A stretch of DNA of 64,000 nucleotides, taken from positions 19,097 to 83,096 of the forward strand of contig CACOAW010000003.1 of the NCBI GenBank assembly GCA_902625325.1. The letters are read 5' to 3'. Positions 54,279 through 63,156 of the stretch are shown piece after piece. Both the position numbers and the translations under genes were made by a program. Each line of letters opens with the position of its first letter. Positions within the stretch are counted from its first letter, which is position 1. The notes under the pieces are model-generated. The model searched no databases. It saw only the letters and a program-made list of their open reading frames with translations, and was not told where the DNA came from. This DNA is from an uncultured Candidatus Poseidoniales archaeon (GTDB lineage: Archaea > Thermoplasmatota > Poseidoniia > Poseidoniales > Thalassarchaeaceae).

Positions 54279-55583
54279 TTACACCCCGATTCCATGATAT
54301 TTCCAACCGATCCTTTCCATTTCGGATCTATCCAATGCCCTCCTGCCGTCGAATACGACGCCCGACCTGCAATTTTTCAGAATTCTGACCCAATCTAAAG
54401 ATAAGCAATCATCATGAGCAGTTGCTAAAACCACCATATCACATTCTGTTCCAATCGGATTATCGATGTTTTCGCACCATTCTGGGAAGTCAGCATCTTC
54501 TACAAATGGGTCCCAAATCATCACCCTAGTCCCATTTTTTTCCAATTCCTCTATCATTATCTTAACTGGAGTCTCTCTACTATCACCCAATCCAGGTTTG
54601 TATGAGTATCCAAGGACTAGGACCTCCTTTCCCTTTGCTCCGTTCAATAGATCTTTAATTTTCTCAACTGCGAAAATTGGCATCGACTCGTTTATCATTC
54701 TAGAAACTGGACTTATTTCTGATTTCGTTCCGGATTTTCTACATAATTCAATGTAATAATACGGGTCTACCGGGATGCAATGGCCACCGACGCCGATTCC
54801 TGGCTCATGATAGTGAAAATTCCACTTGGTCCTGGCCGCCTTAAGGACATCCATAACATCCAGTCCGATAGAGGGGAGGGTTTTGGATAACTCGTTAACG
54901 AAAGCGATATCAATATCCCTCTGAGTGTTTTCTACCATCTTTGCGGCTTCTGCAACTTCAATTTCACCCACATAAGTACAACCTCCTGAGGTAATTTTTC
55001 CATAAACTTCGGCAAGCATCATTCCAACTTTTTCATCGATGGAACCGACTATTCTAGCGACTTGACTTGCGGACTTTCCGATATCCCCTGGACTTACTCT
55101 TTCCGGAGAATATGCAAGCTGGAAATCTTCTCCCATGACCAAGTCGTATTTTTTAGCCGACCTTTCGGCCAGCATTCTTGTTACTCCCGGAAAAACTGTA
55201 CTTTCTAACACCACTATTGTCCCAGATCTACTTTTTACATTCTTGATCGTTGAATCCATCGCCATCTCCACAAAACTAAGATCCGGAGTCTTGTCTTCAT
55301 GAGTAGGAGTGGGGACGGTTATCACTACCATATCAGAAGATTTCACGGCTTCTTCATAATCAGATGTGATTTTCCATCTACTGGACTGATATGGAATATC
55401 CCAACCAATCGTTGAATCGGAAAGATGTGAAATCCCTCTCGACAGTTTCTCTACTACATTTACATCAACATCTAGCCCTGTTACCCTGAATCCAGAATCA
55501 TGGAAAGCAATCGATGTCGGGAGGCCTACGTAACCCAAACCAATAATTGCAACATTTTCAATATCCTTATTTTCAGATGTCAT
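54279..55583 (-). CDS. nucleotide-sugar dehydrogenase (UDP-ManNAc dehydrogenase WecC/Cap5O-like)
   Basis: VAIIGLGYVGLPTSIAF (Rossmann fold), GGHCIPVDPYY (catalytic Cys), VLGYSYKPG. The ManNAc substrate call rests on the adjacent wecB and is an inference. Confidence 0.75.
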   Translation of the reverse strand: MTSENKDIENVAIIGLGYVGLPTSIAFHDSGFRVTGLDVDVNVVEKLSRGISHLSDSTIGWDIPYQSSRWKITSDYEEAVKSSDMVVITVPTPTHEDKTPDLSFVEMAMDSTIKNVKSRSGTIVVLESTVFPGVTRMLAERSAKKYDLVMGEDFQLAYSPERVSPGDIGKSASQVARIVGSIDEKVGMMLAEVYGKITSGGCTYVGEIEVAEAAKMVENTQRDIDIAFVNELSKTLPSIGLDVMDVLKAARTKWNFHYHEPGIGVGGHCIPVDPYYYIELCRKSGTKSEISPVSRMINESMPIFAVEKIKDLLNGAKGKEVLVLGYSYKPGLGDSRETPVKIMIEELEKNGTRVMIWDPFVEDADFPEWCENIDNPIGTECDMVVLATAHDDCLSLDWVRILKNCRSGVVFDGRRALDRSEMERIGWKYHGIGV

Positions 55584-55591
55584 GAAATCAC

Positions 55592-56323
55592 CTAGGAATT
55601 TATCAATTCACGATACGAGGACATCACTTCTTCGATATCTCCTCTGAAGTGGAGGGAGCCAGAATCTAAGACAATTCCCGTGGTACATATTTCCTTGGCC
55701 AGGCCAAAAGAATGAGTAGAAATTATCACAGTACCTGACCTATCAACGAATTCTCTCAGTCTGTTTTGAGCCCTTTCTCTGAACTCGGCATCCCCCACTC
55801 CTAGAGTCTCGTCAATGAGTAATATATCTGGATCCAGTGCGGTGATAAATCCAAAACCCAATTTACCTTTCATCCCAGATGAATAACCACGAACATTTCT
55901 GTCTATGTCATCCTTTAATCCTGCAAACTCTATTACCGATTCGCAGAAATCTTGCATATTTTCATCTTCCACCCCGTATGCCAGGGCTAGCTCGGTAACA
56001 TTCTTTCTTCCCGATGTATCAGCGAAGAATCCAGGGTCAGTACCCGCAAGAAGAATCACTCTCCCGGATGTCTCAATTTTTCCTTTTGACGGTCTAACAT
56101 TGCCGCATATTGACTTCAAAAGCGTGGATTTACCAGCTCCGTTCTTCCCTATTAGAGCCACAGTTTCGCCCTTTCTAATCCTCAAGTCGATGCCATCCAG
56201 CGCGGTTATCAGCTTTATTTTTCCCCGAGGTTGGAAAATACTATGTGAGAATTCTACATATTCAATAGAAAGATTTGAAATTTTCACTTCTCCATTTTCT
56301 AAGACCATGATGAAGCCTCCCAT
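55592..56323 (-). CDS. polysaccharide/teichoic-acid-type ABC exporter ATPase (Wzt/TagH/KpsT-like), no C-terminal carbohydrate-binding domain
   Basis: Walker A GKNGAGKSTLLK, signature YSSGMKGKLGFG, Walker B ILLIDETLGVGD, H-loop STHS. Only 243 aa. Confidence 0.85.
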   Translation of the reverse strand: MGGFIMVLENGEVKISNLSIEYVEFSHSIFQPRGKIKLITALDGIDLRIRKGETVALIGKNGAGKSTLLKSICGNVRPSKGKIETSGRVILLAGTDPGFFADTSGRKNVTELALAYGVEDENMQDFCESVIEFAGLKDDIDRNVRGYSSGMKGKLGFGFITALDPDILLIDETLGVGDAEFRERAQNRLREFVDRSGTVIISTHSFGLAKEICTTGIVLDSGSLHFRGDIEEVMSSYRELINS

Positions 56324-57114
56324 CGTTGCCTATCTAGACTCGAATAACCTCGAAATGAGAGGAATATAACCGTTAATGTGACTCCTGCCATCAAAGAGAC
56401 AGAAAGCTCGGTAATTTCTGAAACAGTCCCACATGCATATCTGACTCCTTCGACAAAATATGCGAATGGATTGAACTCGTTGATTCTGTAATGCAACCCG
56501 TTCGTCAGAGTCATAGAATAGAATGCTGGAGATCCGAAGAACATCAGAAGCAGGAAGTAGTTATTCACTATCGGATATAGATCGGGCATCCTCTTCAATA
56601 ACAATGCCAAATTCAACGCCACTCCTTCTGAGAGAACACCCAATGTTACGCAGGATAATATGAAAATTGCAACTCCGAAATAATTGATGCCCATGGCCAA
56701 GAGAATTACTGCGATTCCGATTCCTTGAATAAATGAATCAAAAACTCGATACTTCAGCATCGCCCTCGAGAAAACCTTCGTACGGATTCTTTCAGCCCTA
56801 ATGCCTCCAGAAAAGTCATTCACCGAAGAAACCCCCGATTTGAATGAATTTTGGAAAACTCTGAATAGACTTATTCCAATAAATAGAACTCGAGCATCGG
56901 GGTTTGATCGAATCACCGTGAAAACAAATAGATACAGTGAAGAAAGTAAAATTGGATCCAATATCAACCAAGCGACGCCAAGACGCCTCCTTCCAGACAT
57001 AGCCCTGATCTTCCTTCGAAAGATGAAATCAACCCTTTTCTTATCCATTTTTATTTGCTTTGAACTCAGGTTATTACCGTCATGGCATCCAGAATTCTCG
57101 ATTACCCTAATCAT
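56299..57114 (-). CDS. ABC-2-type exporter permease (Wzm/TagG/KpsM-like)
   Basis: About six predicted TM helices, an N-terminal basic cytoplasmic segment, and a 25-nt overlap with the ATPase gene. Confidence 0.7.
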   Translation of the reverse strand: MIRVIENSGCHDGNNLSSKQIKMDKKRVDFIFRRKIRAMSGRRRLGVAWLILDPILLSSLYLFVFTVIRSNPDARVLFIGISLFRVFQNSFKSGVSSVNDFSGGIRAERIRTKVFSRAMLKYRVFDSFIQGIGIAVILLAMGINYFGVAIFILSCVTLGVLSEGVALNLALLLKRMPDLYPIVNNYFLLLMFFGSPAFYSMTLTNGLHYRINEFNPFAYFVEGVRYACGTVSEITELSVSLMAGVTLTVIFLSFRGYSSLDRQRWEASSWS

Positions 57115-57308
57115 TGTGACATTCTCCCTGATTAAGTTCTATTTACGAAATTCGCTATCGCTAAATGAGAAAATTGTGAACCTCGTGTTTTTCTGAGAAC
57201 GAGTTTAAAATCAGACTCAAATAGCTCTCCTCAATTTTGAGAAATCGAATTCTGTTTTAGCCTTTGGTGATAACAAAGTTTCATAGTTATGATTAATTTC
57301 GCTTAATT

Positions 57309-58739
57309 ATGCAACATGCCGAAGTCACAGCTTCTACGACACAAGATTACTTAGTCGCCGACATATCCCTGGCTGAACTTGGCAGAAAAGAAATTGCGAT
57401 TGCCGAACACGAAATGCCAGGGCTTATGGCAATAAGAGAAAAATTCTCCACTTCTAAACCTCTCCAAGACGTCCGAATTACGGGTTCACTTCACATGACT
57501 ATTCAGACAGCCGTTTTGATAGAAACATTGGTAGATTTGGGAGCCTCAGTAAGGTGGGCAAGTTGCAATATATTTTCCACTCAAGATCATGCCGCCGCCG
57601 CGATAGCAGAATCTGGAACTCCCGTCTTTGCCTGGAAGGGAATGTCCTTAGAGGAATACTGGGATTGTACTCTGCTCGCTCTCAGCCATCCGGATGGTAA
57701 GGGGCCCCAGTTAATCGTAGACGATGGAGGCGATGCAACGCTCCTGATACACAAGGGCTACGAACTGGAGAATGGCAGTGAGTGGGTAGAAACTCCGTCT
57801 GAAAGTCACGAAGAGCAGTGCATCAAGGATATCCTAAGAAGAGTCAATTCGGAATCTCAAAATTTCTGGCACCATGTCGTCGAGGATTGTCAAGGAGTTT
57901 CGGAGGAAACCACCACAGGAGTCCTCAGGTTGAAACAAATGGTTTCGGGAAACTCACTACTGTTCCCTGCAATAAACGTAAACGACTCAGTCACCAAGTC
58001 AAAGTTTGACAATCTCTATGGATGCAGGGAATCTCTCATTGATGGGATTAAGAGGGCTACTGATGTTATGATTTCAGGAAAGACAGCCGTGGTTTGTGGC
58101 TATGGAGATGTGGGCAAAGGATCAGCACAGGCGCTAAAATCCCAAGGTGCCAAGGTAATTGTAACCGAGGTCGATCCTATCTGTGCTCTGCAAGCCTCCA
58201 TGGAGGGATTCCAGGTCCTCACTCTAGACGACACTCTTGGTTCTGCGGACATCTATGTGACTGCGACTGGAAACAGGGACGTAATCACCTTGGAGCATAT
58301 GGAGAAGATGAAAGACCAGGCAATCGTTTGCAACATAGGCCACTTCGACAATGAGATTCAGGTCGAAAGTCTAGAGTCCAGCTCAGCCACACATGTTAAC
58401 ATCAAGCCACAGGTCGATAAGTATACTTTCTCCTCTGGGAATAGCATCTACCTACTCGCATCGGGAAGGCTGGTCAATCTTGGGTGCGCCACAGGTCACC
58501 CGAGCTTCGTAATGTCAACTAGTTTTGCAAACCAAGTACTAGCACAAATTGATTTATGGAAGAATCGTAATAGTTACGAGAATATCGTATACACCCTGCC
58601 GAAGCATCTCGATGAGGAGGTAGCCCGTTTGCATCTTTCCAAGATAGGGGCAAAACTTACTATCCTTTCAGACGAGCAAGCAGACTACATCAACGTCCCA
58701 GTGGAGGGCCCTTTCAAGAAAGATGAGTACCGCTACTGA
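57309..58739 (+). CDS. ahcY: adenosylhomocysteinase
   Basis: [76 protein letters not shown]. Confidence 0.95.
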   Translation: MQHAEVTASTTQDYLVADISLAELGRKEIAIAEHEMPGLMAIREKFSTSKPLQDVRITGSLHMTIQTAVLIETLVDLGASVRWASCNIFSTQDHAAAAIAESGTPVFAWKGMSLEEYWDCTLLALSHPDGKGPQLIVDDGGDATLLIHKGYELENGSEWVETPSESHEEQCIKDILRRVNSESQNFWHHVVEDCQGVSEETTTGVLRLKQMVSGNSLLFPAINVNDSVTKSKFDNLYGCRESLIDGIKRATDVMISGKTAVVCGYGDVGKGSAQALKSQGAKVIVTEVDPICALQASMEGFQVLTLDDTLGSADIYVTATGNRDVITLEHMEKMKDQAIVCNIGHFDNEIQVESLESSSATHVNIKPQVDKYTFSSGNSIYLLASGRLVNLGCATGHPSFVMSTSFANQVLAQIDLWKNRNSYENIVYTLPKHLDEEVARLHLSKIGAKLTILSDEQADYINVPVEGPFKKDEYRY

Positions 58740-59521
58740 TTTTCTTTGGATAACTTATCATTGTCAGACAGAACTGAATCCAACAGGCCTGCTTCAATCC
58801 CTAACTGTTTGAACTTGGCTCTGATGGCAATCGTGTCCTTGGGCAGGCAACTCCCTCCGAAACCCATCTTCCCCTCGATCTCGTCCAAATGCGAATCGAC
58901 TATTCCCCGCTCCTGGGGGTGAGTAATGATGCGTTTTACGACCTCCCAATCCTGCTCTAGATTATTCGAAAGGCGCTGGAAGTGGTTGCCGAAGATGACT
59001 TTTATCGCGTAGAATGAGTTTTTGGCGTACTTGACGATCTCCGCCTCGGTGGGGCTGACGTGAAAGAAATCTCCCTCCAACAGTATCCCCGAACGATTGT
59101 GATGCTTCAGAACAAGATTAGCCAAGTCATCGTGGTGAGTGCCCACAACCAGTATTTTCTGATTCCTGAAGTCTTCGTCTGCGCTCTCCGCCCTGATGAA
59201 TTCCGGCGAGCACGCTATTCTTAGGCTAGGGAACTCATCATGAAAATCCTGCGAGGTCCCTGGAATCACAGTGCTCTTTATGATGGCAGAGAAACCATCC
59301 GGCAGAGCCTCCAGGACGGATCTGACGATGCTAGTGTCGCATTGCCCAGTTTCATAGTCTGTGGGAGTGGGTACTGCGATATACGCGGCATCACAGTTAT
59401 CTGTGACATCCGATAATTTCGTCCCAAGGTTGGGGTCGTGAATGATAATATCGTGATGCCCCTCGAATCCCCTTTGAATCGCCCTGCCAACGGTTCCAAA
59501 GCCGATAATGCCAATCCGCAA
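58733..59521 (-). CDS. short UDP-glucose/GDP-mannose dehydrogenase-family protein lacking the C-terminal nucleotide-sugar-binding domain
   Basis: [12 protein letters not shown] (Rossmann fold), [30 protein letters not shown] (catalytic Cys signature). The protein ends ~30 aa after it (262 aa). Confidence 0.65.
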   Translation of the reverse strand: MRIGIIGFGTVGRAIQRGFEGHHDIIIHDPNLGTKLSDVTDNCDAAYIAVPTPTDYETGQCDTSIVRSVLEALPDGFSAIIKSTVIPGTSQDFHDEFPSLRIACSPEFIRAESADEDFRNQKILVVGTHHDDLANLVLKHHNRSGILLEGDFFHVSPTEAEIVKYAKNSFYAIKVIFGNHFQRLSNNLEQDWEVVKRIITHPQERGIVDSHLDEIEGKMGFGGSCLPKDTIAIRAKFKQLGIEAGLLDSVLSDNDKLSKENQ

Positions 59522-59572
59522 ACAGATACCCAGCCCCCGCTCCTAGGGCGGCAATATGGTTCTGTCGAGTGC

Positions 59573-60589
59573 TCAATCAGCCTCTATCATTCGATTCAGG
59601 ATCTTCAGAAGGCCCCGTAGAGTTACCTCGCTGATCCCTGAGACAGAGCAGACCTCGCTTTGGGTCCTAGGGGAGGTGCTGTTCTGGGATGCGAAGTAGA
59701 TGACAACTCCTGCTATTCCCGAGGGCTTCTTTCCTTGCCATGAGAGATCATGCTTCACTTGTTCCCAGATTTCTCTAGCCATTCCGAGAACAGCAGGGGG
59801 GAGCCCAAGGTCAGAGTGGAACTTCTCGAAGTACTCCTCTGGGCCAGTAATGTGGTGAGTCCCCAAATTCCTAGCTACTAGCCTGATGGTCCTCTTGAGC
59901 TCCTTAACCTCTACCTCAGAAATCATGTCGAAGGCCTCCCCAATGTCCTCGATCTTCCTAGGTATCTTTGCCTCTCTAGCCGCGATATAGACGCATGCAG
60001 CGGTTACTCCCCTGATGCTCCTTCCGGTGACCAGTCCTCTCTCAACAGAATGCCTATACAGTGAGGCTGCCTCTTGTTCTATCTGAGGGGTTAGGTCTCC
60101 CCTGTCTCTGATGAATTGCATCGCCACTGCAAGGTTCCTGCTCCTGCTGTCCCTGGTCTTGCTCCTCTGGTCTATCCTCTGCCTTCTCCTCCAATCTCTG
60201 AGGGCTTTACCGGACAAGCCATGTCTCTTCGCACCTCCAGATGTCAGATCTGACCTCCTGATTTCAGTGGAGAGGCCCTTGTCAGACAAAGTCAAAGTGG
60301 TTGGGGCGCCAACCCTGCTTCGATCGTCCCCATTTGAGTGATTGACCCACTCCGCCCCGGGGTCGATCATATTCTCTGAAGCAACATATCCACAATCGGA
60401 ACAGACTGTCTCTCCTCTGACGTCATCCGAATCCCAAGAGATGCTCCCACAGACCTCGCATGAGCCCTCCACGGACTCCACCCTTCTTGCCCTAGAGGGT
60501 CTTGATCCGGTTGCCAATGTTCCGTTACGACCCCTCTTTCGGTTTTTCTTGGCAACTTTGGACTTTCCAGATGTGGTCCTATCCATCAT
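59573..60589 (-). CDS. tfb: transcription initiation factor IIB (TFB)
   Basis: Zn ribbon CEVCGS...CSDCGYV, a B-reader/linker, and two cyclin folds (GRSIRGVTAACVYIAAR, GKKPSGIAGVVIYFAS). ATG 60589 or 60586 is preferred over the TTG-type start at 60622. Confidence 0.9.
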   Translation of the reverse strand: MMDRTTSGKSKVAKKNRKRGRNGTLATGSRPSRARRVESVEGSCEVCGSISWDSDDVRGETVCSDCGYVASENMIDPGAEWVNHSNGDDRSRVGAPTTLTLSDKGLSTEIRRSDLTSGGAKRHGLSGKALRDWRRRQRIDQRSKTRDSRSRNLAVAMQFIRDRGDLTPQIEQEAASLYRHSVERGLVTGRSIRGVTAACVYIAAREAKIPRKIEDIGEAFDMISEVEVKELKRTIRLVARNLGTHHITGPEEYFEKFHSDLGLPPAVLGMAREIWEQVKHDLSWQGKKPSGIAGVVIYFASQNSTSPRTQSEVCSVSGISEVTLRGLLKILNRMIEAD

Positions 60590-60706
60590 ATCAACCTCCA
60601 GTTGTATAGTCAACACCGACATATATAAACTCTGGTAATTTTTGATTTCTACTTCTCATACGGAACCTCCGAGTTGTTTTTCCACCGACCCTCTCCACAA
60701 TCATAC

Positions 60707-61840
60707 ATGAGCGGCGCACCGGTGCGAACCTCTCTGTACCAATCGCACATCTCAGAGGGGGCGAATATGATTGACTTCCATGGATACGAGTTGCCAATCT
60801 GGTACTCATCGATACAGGAGGAGCACCTGGCGACACGTAACTCAGCAGGGCTATTCGACGTATCCCACATGGGCCTGTTCCGATTCGTTGGGGAGGGAGT
60901 TCGCTCATGGTTGAGCTCAGTATCCACTCAAGAGTATATTAAGTTCCAACCGGGGAGATGCGGATACAGCCATTTCTTGGATCACGAAGGACATATCATC
61001 GACGATATGATCTTCGCCATTCCAAGTGAAAAAGAAGTACTGGGAGTGCCAAACTCTACCATGGTCAGTATCGTCTTTGATTGGCTTTCCACCAACCTTC
61101 CCTCGGATGGGTCAGTCAAGATTGAGGATCTATCACAAGAAACCAGCATTATTGCACTGCAGGGGCCTAAGTCGGGGGCAGTTCTGGAGAATATCCTCGG
61201 AAGGGGGAACCGTATTAAGAGATTCAGATGCCAAGAGATAGCTAGTAACGAACTTGGATTGACTGGATGGATTCAGGGGACTGGTTACACAGGAGAGGAA
61301 GGAGTGGAGATATTCATCTCAAATGAAGACTCTACTCATCTCTGGGAGGCATTAATTTCGCATCCGGACGTGTCTCCAGTGGGCCTTGGGGCGAGAGATA
61401 CTCTAAGATTGGAGAAAGGGTACTTGCTCTCTGGTCAAGATTTCCTTTGGCCCGAAATTTCAGAGGATACTAATTTCCCCCCAGGTTTTCTTGGAAGGAC
61501 TACCGCCCAAACTGCCGTTCCTTTCGGTTTAGACCTAAATCACGAATTTATTGGGAGAGAAGCATTGGTAATTTCCATGGACAGTGGCTCTAAACTTTGG
61601 GGCATTGAATGCCTGGAAAGGGGGCCATCGCCACGCCCAGGCCACAAAGTTATGGACGGCCAAGGAGAAGACTCCAGAATCATCGGTTATGTAACTAGTG
61701 GAGGGCCATCTCCGAGCAAGAAGATGACTGGAATCGCCCTGGGATACCTTGAAAATTGTAAGGCTGGCGACGAAGTATGGATTCAATCTAGCAATAGGAG
61801 AAGAATCAGGTCTGAAGTGAAGACACCACCTTTCGTCTGA
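60707..61840 (+). CDS. gcvT: aminomethyltransferase (glycine cleavage T protein)
   Basis: TSLYQSHISEGANMIDFHGYELPIWY, HLATRNSAGLFDVSHMG, LGARDTLRLEKGY. Confidence 0.85.
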   Translation: MSGAPVRTSLYQSHISEGANMIDFHGYELPIWYSSIQEEHLATRNSAGLFDVSHMGLFRFVGEGVRSWLSSVSTQEYIKFQPGRCGYSHFLDHEGHIIDDMIFAIPSEKEVLGVPNSTMVSIVFDWLSTNLPSDGSVKIEDLSQETSIIALQGPKSGAVLENILGRGNRIKRFRCQEIASNELGLTGWIQGTGYTGEEGVEIFISNEDSTHLWEALISHPDVSPVGLGARDTLRLEKGYLLSGQDFLWPEISEDTNFPPGFLGRTTAQTAVPFGLDLNHEFIGREALVISMDSGSKLWGIECLERGPSPRPGHKVMDGQGEDSRIIGYVTSGGPSPSKKMTGIALGYLENCKAGDEVWIQSSNRRRIRSEVKTPPFV

Positions 61841-61906
61841 AATCAATTTTTAGCTTGAACAACAATAAAATGCAGACTCAATTAGGCTTAATTCGGAGGA
61901 TTAGTT

Positions 61907-63151
61907 TTGGCATACTTTTTCACTTCTGAATCAGTATCTGAGGGACATCCCGACAAACTCTGCGATATGATATCGGACGCCATCTTGGACGAGTGCCTAT
62001 CCATAGACCCCGGAGCAAGAGTTGCAGTAGAGACTATGGTAAAGGGAACAGACTCTAGAAGCTATATTTTCATCGGTGGAGAGGTTACCATGGCCTCCAA
62101 CAATGCCGTAGATTACGAGAGAGTAGCCAGAAGAACGGCCCTTGAGATAGGGTACGATGACCACTCAGTAGGGATGGACGCCGCTAGTGAAGATCTTTGC
62201 CAGGTAGTAGTTAGAATAACCCAGCAATCTCCAGACATCTCGCAAGGAGTTGACCAAGGCAAGGGACTGCATCTGGAGCAGGGAGCAGGGGACCAGGGTC
62301 TGATGTTTGGTTTCGCCTCCAACGAAACAGAGGGATTCCAAGACCTACAGGGGATGTTCATGCCCCTTCCAGCGGCTTTAGCCCAATTGCTAACCTCCAA
62401 GATGTCGGCCTCGATGAAGAATGGGTCCCTCCCCTGGGCTCGACCCGACTCAAAAAGCCAGGTCACCATACGATATGGCGATGATGGAAAACCCTCTTCC
62501 GTGGACACAGTGGTAATCGCCATACAGCACGATGATTTGGCCAAAGAGAAGTTCGAAGGAAGTGAAAGGGAAGAGCACAGTTACATTTGCTCGGAAATCA
62601 TGGAGCATGTGATAAAGACAGTAATTCCCACTTCTCTTTTGGACAGAAATACGAAGATCATCATCAACGGTACGGGGAGGTTTGTTCTTGGTGGTCCCCA
62701 TGCCGATGCGGGTTTGACTGGTAGGAAGATTATCGTGGACACCTATGGGGGGATGGGGAGACACGGAGGGGGGGCCTTCAGCGGAAAGGACCCAAGCAAG
62801 GTCGATAGGTCTGCAGCATATGCTGCTAGATGGGCTGCTAAACACGTCGTCGCCAGTGGCATTGCGGATAAATGCGAGATACAGTTGGCTTATGCTATCG
62901 GGGTGGCAGAACCAGTAAGCGTCTACGTCAATACAATGGGCACCGGATCGGTCGAAGACGACAAAATCTCGATTAGAGTGGCCAATTTATTTGACTTCAG
63001 GCCACAGGCAATCATTGAGAAACTCTCCCTACGAACTCCGATATACTCTTCTTCTGCTTCTGGAGGGCATTTTGGCAGGAATCCAGATTCCGAGGGGAGG
63101 TTCTCCTGGGAGTCCCTGGACCATGAAATATTGGAATCTCTGAAAGGCTAG
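61907..63151 (+). CDS. metK: S-adenosylmethionine synthetase, bacterial/eukaryotic (MetK) type
   Basis: FTSESVSEGHPDKLCDMISDAILD, GAGDQGLMFGFA, GGGAFSGKDPSKVDRSAAYAARW. TTG start. Confidence 0.95.
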   Translation: MAYFFTSESVSEGHPDKLCDMISDAILDECLSIDPGARVAVETMVKGTDSRSYIFIGGEVTMASNNAVDYERVARRTALEIGYDDHSVGMDAASEDLCQVVVRITQQSPDISQGVDQGKGLHLEQGAGDQGLMFGFASNETEGFQDLQGMFMPLPAALAQLLTSKMSASMKNGSLPWARPDSKSQVTIRYGDDGKPSSVDTVVIAIQHDDLAKEKFEGSEREEHSYICSEIMEHVIKTVIPTSLLDRNTKIIINGTGRFVLGGPHADAGLTGRKIIVDTYGGMGRHGGGAFSGKDPSKVDRSAAYAARWAAKHVVASGIADKCEIQLAYAIGVAEPVSVYVNTMGTGSVEDDKISIRVANLFDFRPQAIIEKLSLRTPIYSSSASGGHFGRNPDSEGRFSWESLDHEILESLKG

Positions 63152-63156
63152 ATGAT

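Larger units (their letters stand above)
24478..57308. other. low-GC surface-glycan biosynthesis island (about 33 kb, 31 genes)
   Basis: It starts immediately after the ppsA stop and ends at the 194-nt A/T-rich spacer before ahcY. Hand-counted 60-nt lines give 17/60 GC at 36661-36720 and 19/60 at 40081-40140 inside the island. Core lines give 37/60 at 18001-18060 and 30/60 at 10501-10560. Confidence 0.75.

Noticed and set aside
53792-54388. 198-aa + strand ORF, plus several other 60-160-aa + strand ORFs between 48161 and 53692, inside the giant GT gene
   Set aside because: They are antisense to a 6.3-kb ORF with multiple recognisable GT domains. AT-rich DNA yields long Ser/Ile/Phe/Leu/Asn-rich antisense frames by chance.
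57160-57235. Small inverted repeats (CTCGT...ACGAG; CTCAA-tt-TTGAG) in the wzm/ahcY divergent spacer
   Set aside because: The stems are only 5 bp in very AT-rich DNA, so they cannot be distinguished from chance without comparative data. The spacer probably holds two promoters, but I cannot place them confidently.
24478-57308. Idea that the low-GC island is an integrative or mobile element, or a provirus
   Set aside because: I found no integrase, transposase, terminal direct or inverted repeats, or capsid/terminase-like ORFs. The nearest tRNA (Ala, 21686) is separated from the island by ppsA. Phage-flavoured bits (DUF1737-like, SAP motif) are noted as findings but are not enough to call a mobile element.
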